From: Setoptus koraiensis
Taxonomy: Eukaryota > Animalia > Arthropoda
Reading direction: 5' to 3'
DNA length: 64,000 nucleotides
Assembly (NCBI GenBank): GCA_048013815.1
Contig: CM106585.1
Coordinates: forward strand, 15,996,001 to 16,060,000
The notes below the pieces were generated by a model. That model was not told the DNA's origin. It worked only from the letters and a program-made list of their open reading frames with translations, and did not search any database. A program made the translations under genes and the position numbers. Of the stretch, positions 60,285 through 64,000 are shown one piece after another. Each line of letters starts with the position of its first letter. The stretch's first letter is position 1.

Positions 60285-63200
60285 GATTCAATTGGAGAAT
60301 CGCTTGATATTTGGAATAATCTATTTAGGATTTTGTGTTTGACTTTGCAGTCATTCAGGTTAGCACGAAGAAATGTTCCAGCATAGTTTACCTCTACTAT
60401 AAACTTGTTTTTCAGTTGTGCAAAATTTCAACAGATTGTGCTCTAGATCAGCCCAAATCTAAATTTCAATTCCAACATGCTCATCACTATTCTGATATAT
60501 TCTTGAGGACAGATACTCTAATTGTCCTTATGAAATCACTTCCTTCTGGAATTATATTTGAGGTCTATCTTTATTATCATACTGTTTGATCATCAAGCAA
60601 TGTTTTAAAATATTATCTGCGACAAGTCAGATAGCGTGGAATATGTCTTATTTCTGCAGCTTGGCTTATTGTTGAAAAGAGTTGATGGTCGTCTTAGATC
60701 AAGTAATTATTCATGCTCAAATTGTGAATGCACTCAATAAAAATCGATTGAAGTTTGAAAATCTACCTCAATAGGGACCAAGTTTCTACGAAGTTCAACG
60801 AAATTTCTTCAATTCGACAAGCGTGTATCTATCTTCAGTGCTTCCCAATTAACTATCGCATGCATTTGGAAAGAGACAGCTTGTATAGTGTGCGATATTC
60901 TATCGTGAATGCTATCTATTAATTATGAATGTTACGCAAGGTATAAAATAGTAGAGTTGTAACTCTCATAGACTTAGGTTTTCAAGTTACTTGACTCAAG
61001 AGCTGTCTGTGTCTTTATGGTGGGAAACGAAGAGTGAAGATTGCATAAGTTAAATGTTTACATAATAACTCAATTCGATAGAATGATTATAGCATAAAGC
61101 GACAACTTTTTAATATTCAGCTAGTAGGTTGTTCGATGTAGTTAAATTGTGAATTTTATGAAGAAATGCTTCTTTGGCGTGCAAAATCTTACTTGACTAG
61201 TTATACAGCACCAATTATAGATCACTAATTATAATTCAGTAGCTGATGTTGAAGATTATCACGGTAGACAGATGCAAGATATTATGTTATCTAATGGGAG
61301 TAAAAGTAGCTGGTTATGGGACGAAAGTGACTTCAATTTTCTCTGTGAAAATCAACGATCTTGAAGGAACGGGTGATAACGAACACAAAAAAGTCGGCCG
61401 TTGATAGTTAGATAACACTAGAACACTAGATATCAGGTAGATCCATTGTTATGATGAGATTGTTTTACTTTGGTTGGTTTCTTCGAACAGAGAATCGCTG
61501 GCACGGATTGATACGCGTGTTAGTTTAATTGAGCACGCTACTGGTTTTGATTTTGAGCTGTGATTAGGGATCTTGGTCTCATATAATGTATCGTGTCGAC
61601 TTGGAGTGTTACTATTGATTGCAACTGATTTATGTGCCGCGATAAAACAACTTGTGTTGAGGCAATCTTGTTGTTTCCAACTAGACACACTAGTTTGCTG
61701 CGAGCAGGCTTGCGATCAATAACTCATGATTCTTACATGATAACTTGGAGTTGGAACGAAGATGTTTTTATCTACCGGTTGTTGTTTCTGAGTGTGTGTG
61801 TCGTTCGTTAGACGTTCATCATTAGAAGAATGACATAGTAACAATAATAAGGTTGCTGTCGGCGGTTGCATGCGAGAGGACTTGTAGTTGTTGTTAGGCT
61901 TGCACTTGTTGCATATTAGCGAGCTAGACACTGACTACTACTACCACTACTGGTACTGGGCGCGACGCAAGATTAGATTGCACAATCTGGCTTCTTTGAG
62001 CGTTCTCGTTGCAGGCATCGGGTGAGGGGGATACAGTGCGTCAATATAAGCTACTAATTGAGGATACTTTCTTAACTGAACTGATAGACACTGACTAGAC
62101 GGCAATGAAAATGATTCGAATGCAACCAAATGAATTAAAATGCGTCAATTATGCAGATTATCGGAGTGTTGATTGCACGGGGCTGTTTTAATACGGCTTA
62201 CGGGGGATTGCAATGATAATAATAATAAGCTAATTCTCACTTTGATGTTACTTTAATTGTCATTGACATGCGAACAGCATCGGTTTGTTTGTCCAATTGC
62301 GACACAATCAATTAACTGATCACATAATATATTGTTGCGTCCTGGCAACAGGAAACGTTGGCGAGTTAAATTGCGTTGAAATGTTAATGCGTTGCTAAGA
62401 TTAAGAAGGTTCGCCAACGGTCTGTCCGTTCCATCGGTGTCCGGGCGTTAAGTGATATTACGCGCGCCAACACAAAGCCAAGCGGATCCCGGATCGAACG
62501 ATTGCCCCTCGATTGTCTCAATCGTTATGAGTCCATGCGCAACAATGGCGCCCAGAACTAACAATAGTTCGCTCGTTACTGACGAGCGATCGTTAGTTCT
62601 CATTAGCGACCGGCACGCCTGTTGCAGTTTGTGCGCGGGATGGGGGGGACGGGGCGGGGGGCAATGCTCTAGTCACTGGAGTCCAGTCACTAGACTCTAC
62701 TGGCGAGTTGTGTGGATAGAATCTTCACTGAAGTTCAGTGCGCCCGTGTGCCATGCATACCGAACATACTGCACACACACACACACACACTGTGTAGCCG
62801 GCATGTCTGGTGTTTGTGCAGACGAATGCAAGGTGGTCGCAAATTGTAAGTCACACAACGCTCGCTTGCACAGTCGCAGTGGCCACATTGCCCAATAGCG
62901 AATCACCACACCGTATGCGTGTGTGCGTGCGAGAAAGTTCGATCCCATGCAAAATGGCGACCCAGTTTGGGTGTGCGGCCGATCGAATGAATTGGTCGGC
63001 AACCGTGCTGACAATTCATTCGACGATTGTCACACAATTGCGTTCGTTCGACGCTCGACAAAGTGCGCGGCGCGCATACACAATTGCGCATGTCGACAGC
63101 AACACACCAACGACTCGTCCACACGAAGCGGCCAGCGCACGCACTGACCGCACTGCTCAAATCACTCGAAACCGGCACCGATCAACTGTTGACACCGCCG

Positions 63201-64000
63201 GCTCTAATTGGCTAATTCGCTTGCCCACTCAAGTGTGAGCCTCTTCTCCATTGGTAGCTCTGCCGAGTGCCCAAAGTCACTGTATGGCAGCATCGTGTCA
63301 AGCGGGCCACTAAGAACGCAACTGAAAGGGGGCGGTTTTGCCTCCATCATGCATGTGCTTGCAAGTTAGTGAGCCAGTTACTACGCTTACAATTAGACAA
63401 TTGTTGCTCTCGTTTGCTGAATCACCCATTTCCCAATTTAATTGATATTGGTCATTGCGTTCGTTAGACACTTAACTAACTTTACTTTCTGCCTACACTC
63501 ACTGGCGATCGAGTTTCATCTAACTAGCGAGCTTGCCAGCGTTTGGACTGTAGGATATTCGTAACGCAACAGTCGTCATTGTCAGTCGTAGTATTTTCTG
63601 AAAACATTTTCGGCCGTCCATAAGATCAACTGAAACAATGACAATAACTAGATTAGTGCGAAAGGCCTGAAACTTATCGTGCGCGCTTTCTATAATCAGG
63701 CACAAAAACCAACTGACATCCTAATTCCACAGACAGGTTTACACATTAACGCTAAGCAGCAACCGTTGCTCGTTGTTGTTTGTTGTCCACAAACCGACGA
63801 CAAGTTTCAACAGTCACTCTATTCATTCGTTTACTATTTGGACAACAGTCAATTGAGACAACAACTAACGGCTGTGGACTTAATGAGCCGGATAAAACAC
63901 AGGGAAAGCGGTGAAATATTGGTCTGGTTAGCTTCGTCTCCCACTCTCCTGGAGCATCGCATGACAGCAAGCGACAAGCTGGTTTTGACCGTGGACCTGA

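Noticed and set aside
60300-64000. Short ORFs in the final 3.7 kb
   Set aside because: No recognisable domains or consistent splice chain; probably regulatory or intronic sequence of a gene outside the window.

Overview
Eukaryotic DNA from a compact, intron-poor arthropod genome. The gene content (ChtBD2, papillote-like ZP protein) and the compaction suggest a mite, possibly eriophyoid-like; that assignment is inference. There are three zones. (1) About 0.4-26 kb is GC-richer and rich in simple repeats, and holds three apical-ECM/cuticle-type genes: a ~2,280-aa mucin-like protein with one C-terminal chitin-binding domain (4 coding exons rebuilt by hand), a papillote-like ZP-N membrane protein, and a secreted Tyr/Gln/Pro-rich protein. 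(2) About 26.7-48.5 kb is a dense, AT-richer housekeeping block: LEPROT/Vps55, KICS2, TMEM258, a 5x CCHC/Gly/WG-repeat protein, an acidic zinc-finger protein, DNAJC22, HisRS, a truncated RED/IK, DOHH and ACSL3/4, with only 4 coding introns among these 10 genes. (3) About 48.6-64 kb has no long ORF except TMEM135, but carries orphan splice signals. I found no supported tRNA, rRNA, CRISPR array or transposase. The best leads are the CCHC-WG modular protein, the C-terminally truncated RED interlocked with HisRS, 3' splice sites without polypyrimidine tracts, and phased minisatellites. All homology calls come from recalled motifs, not database searches.
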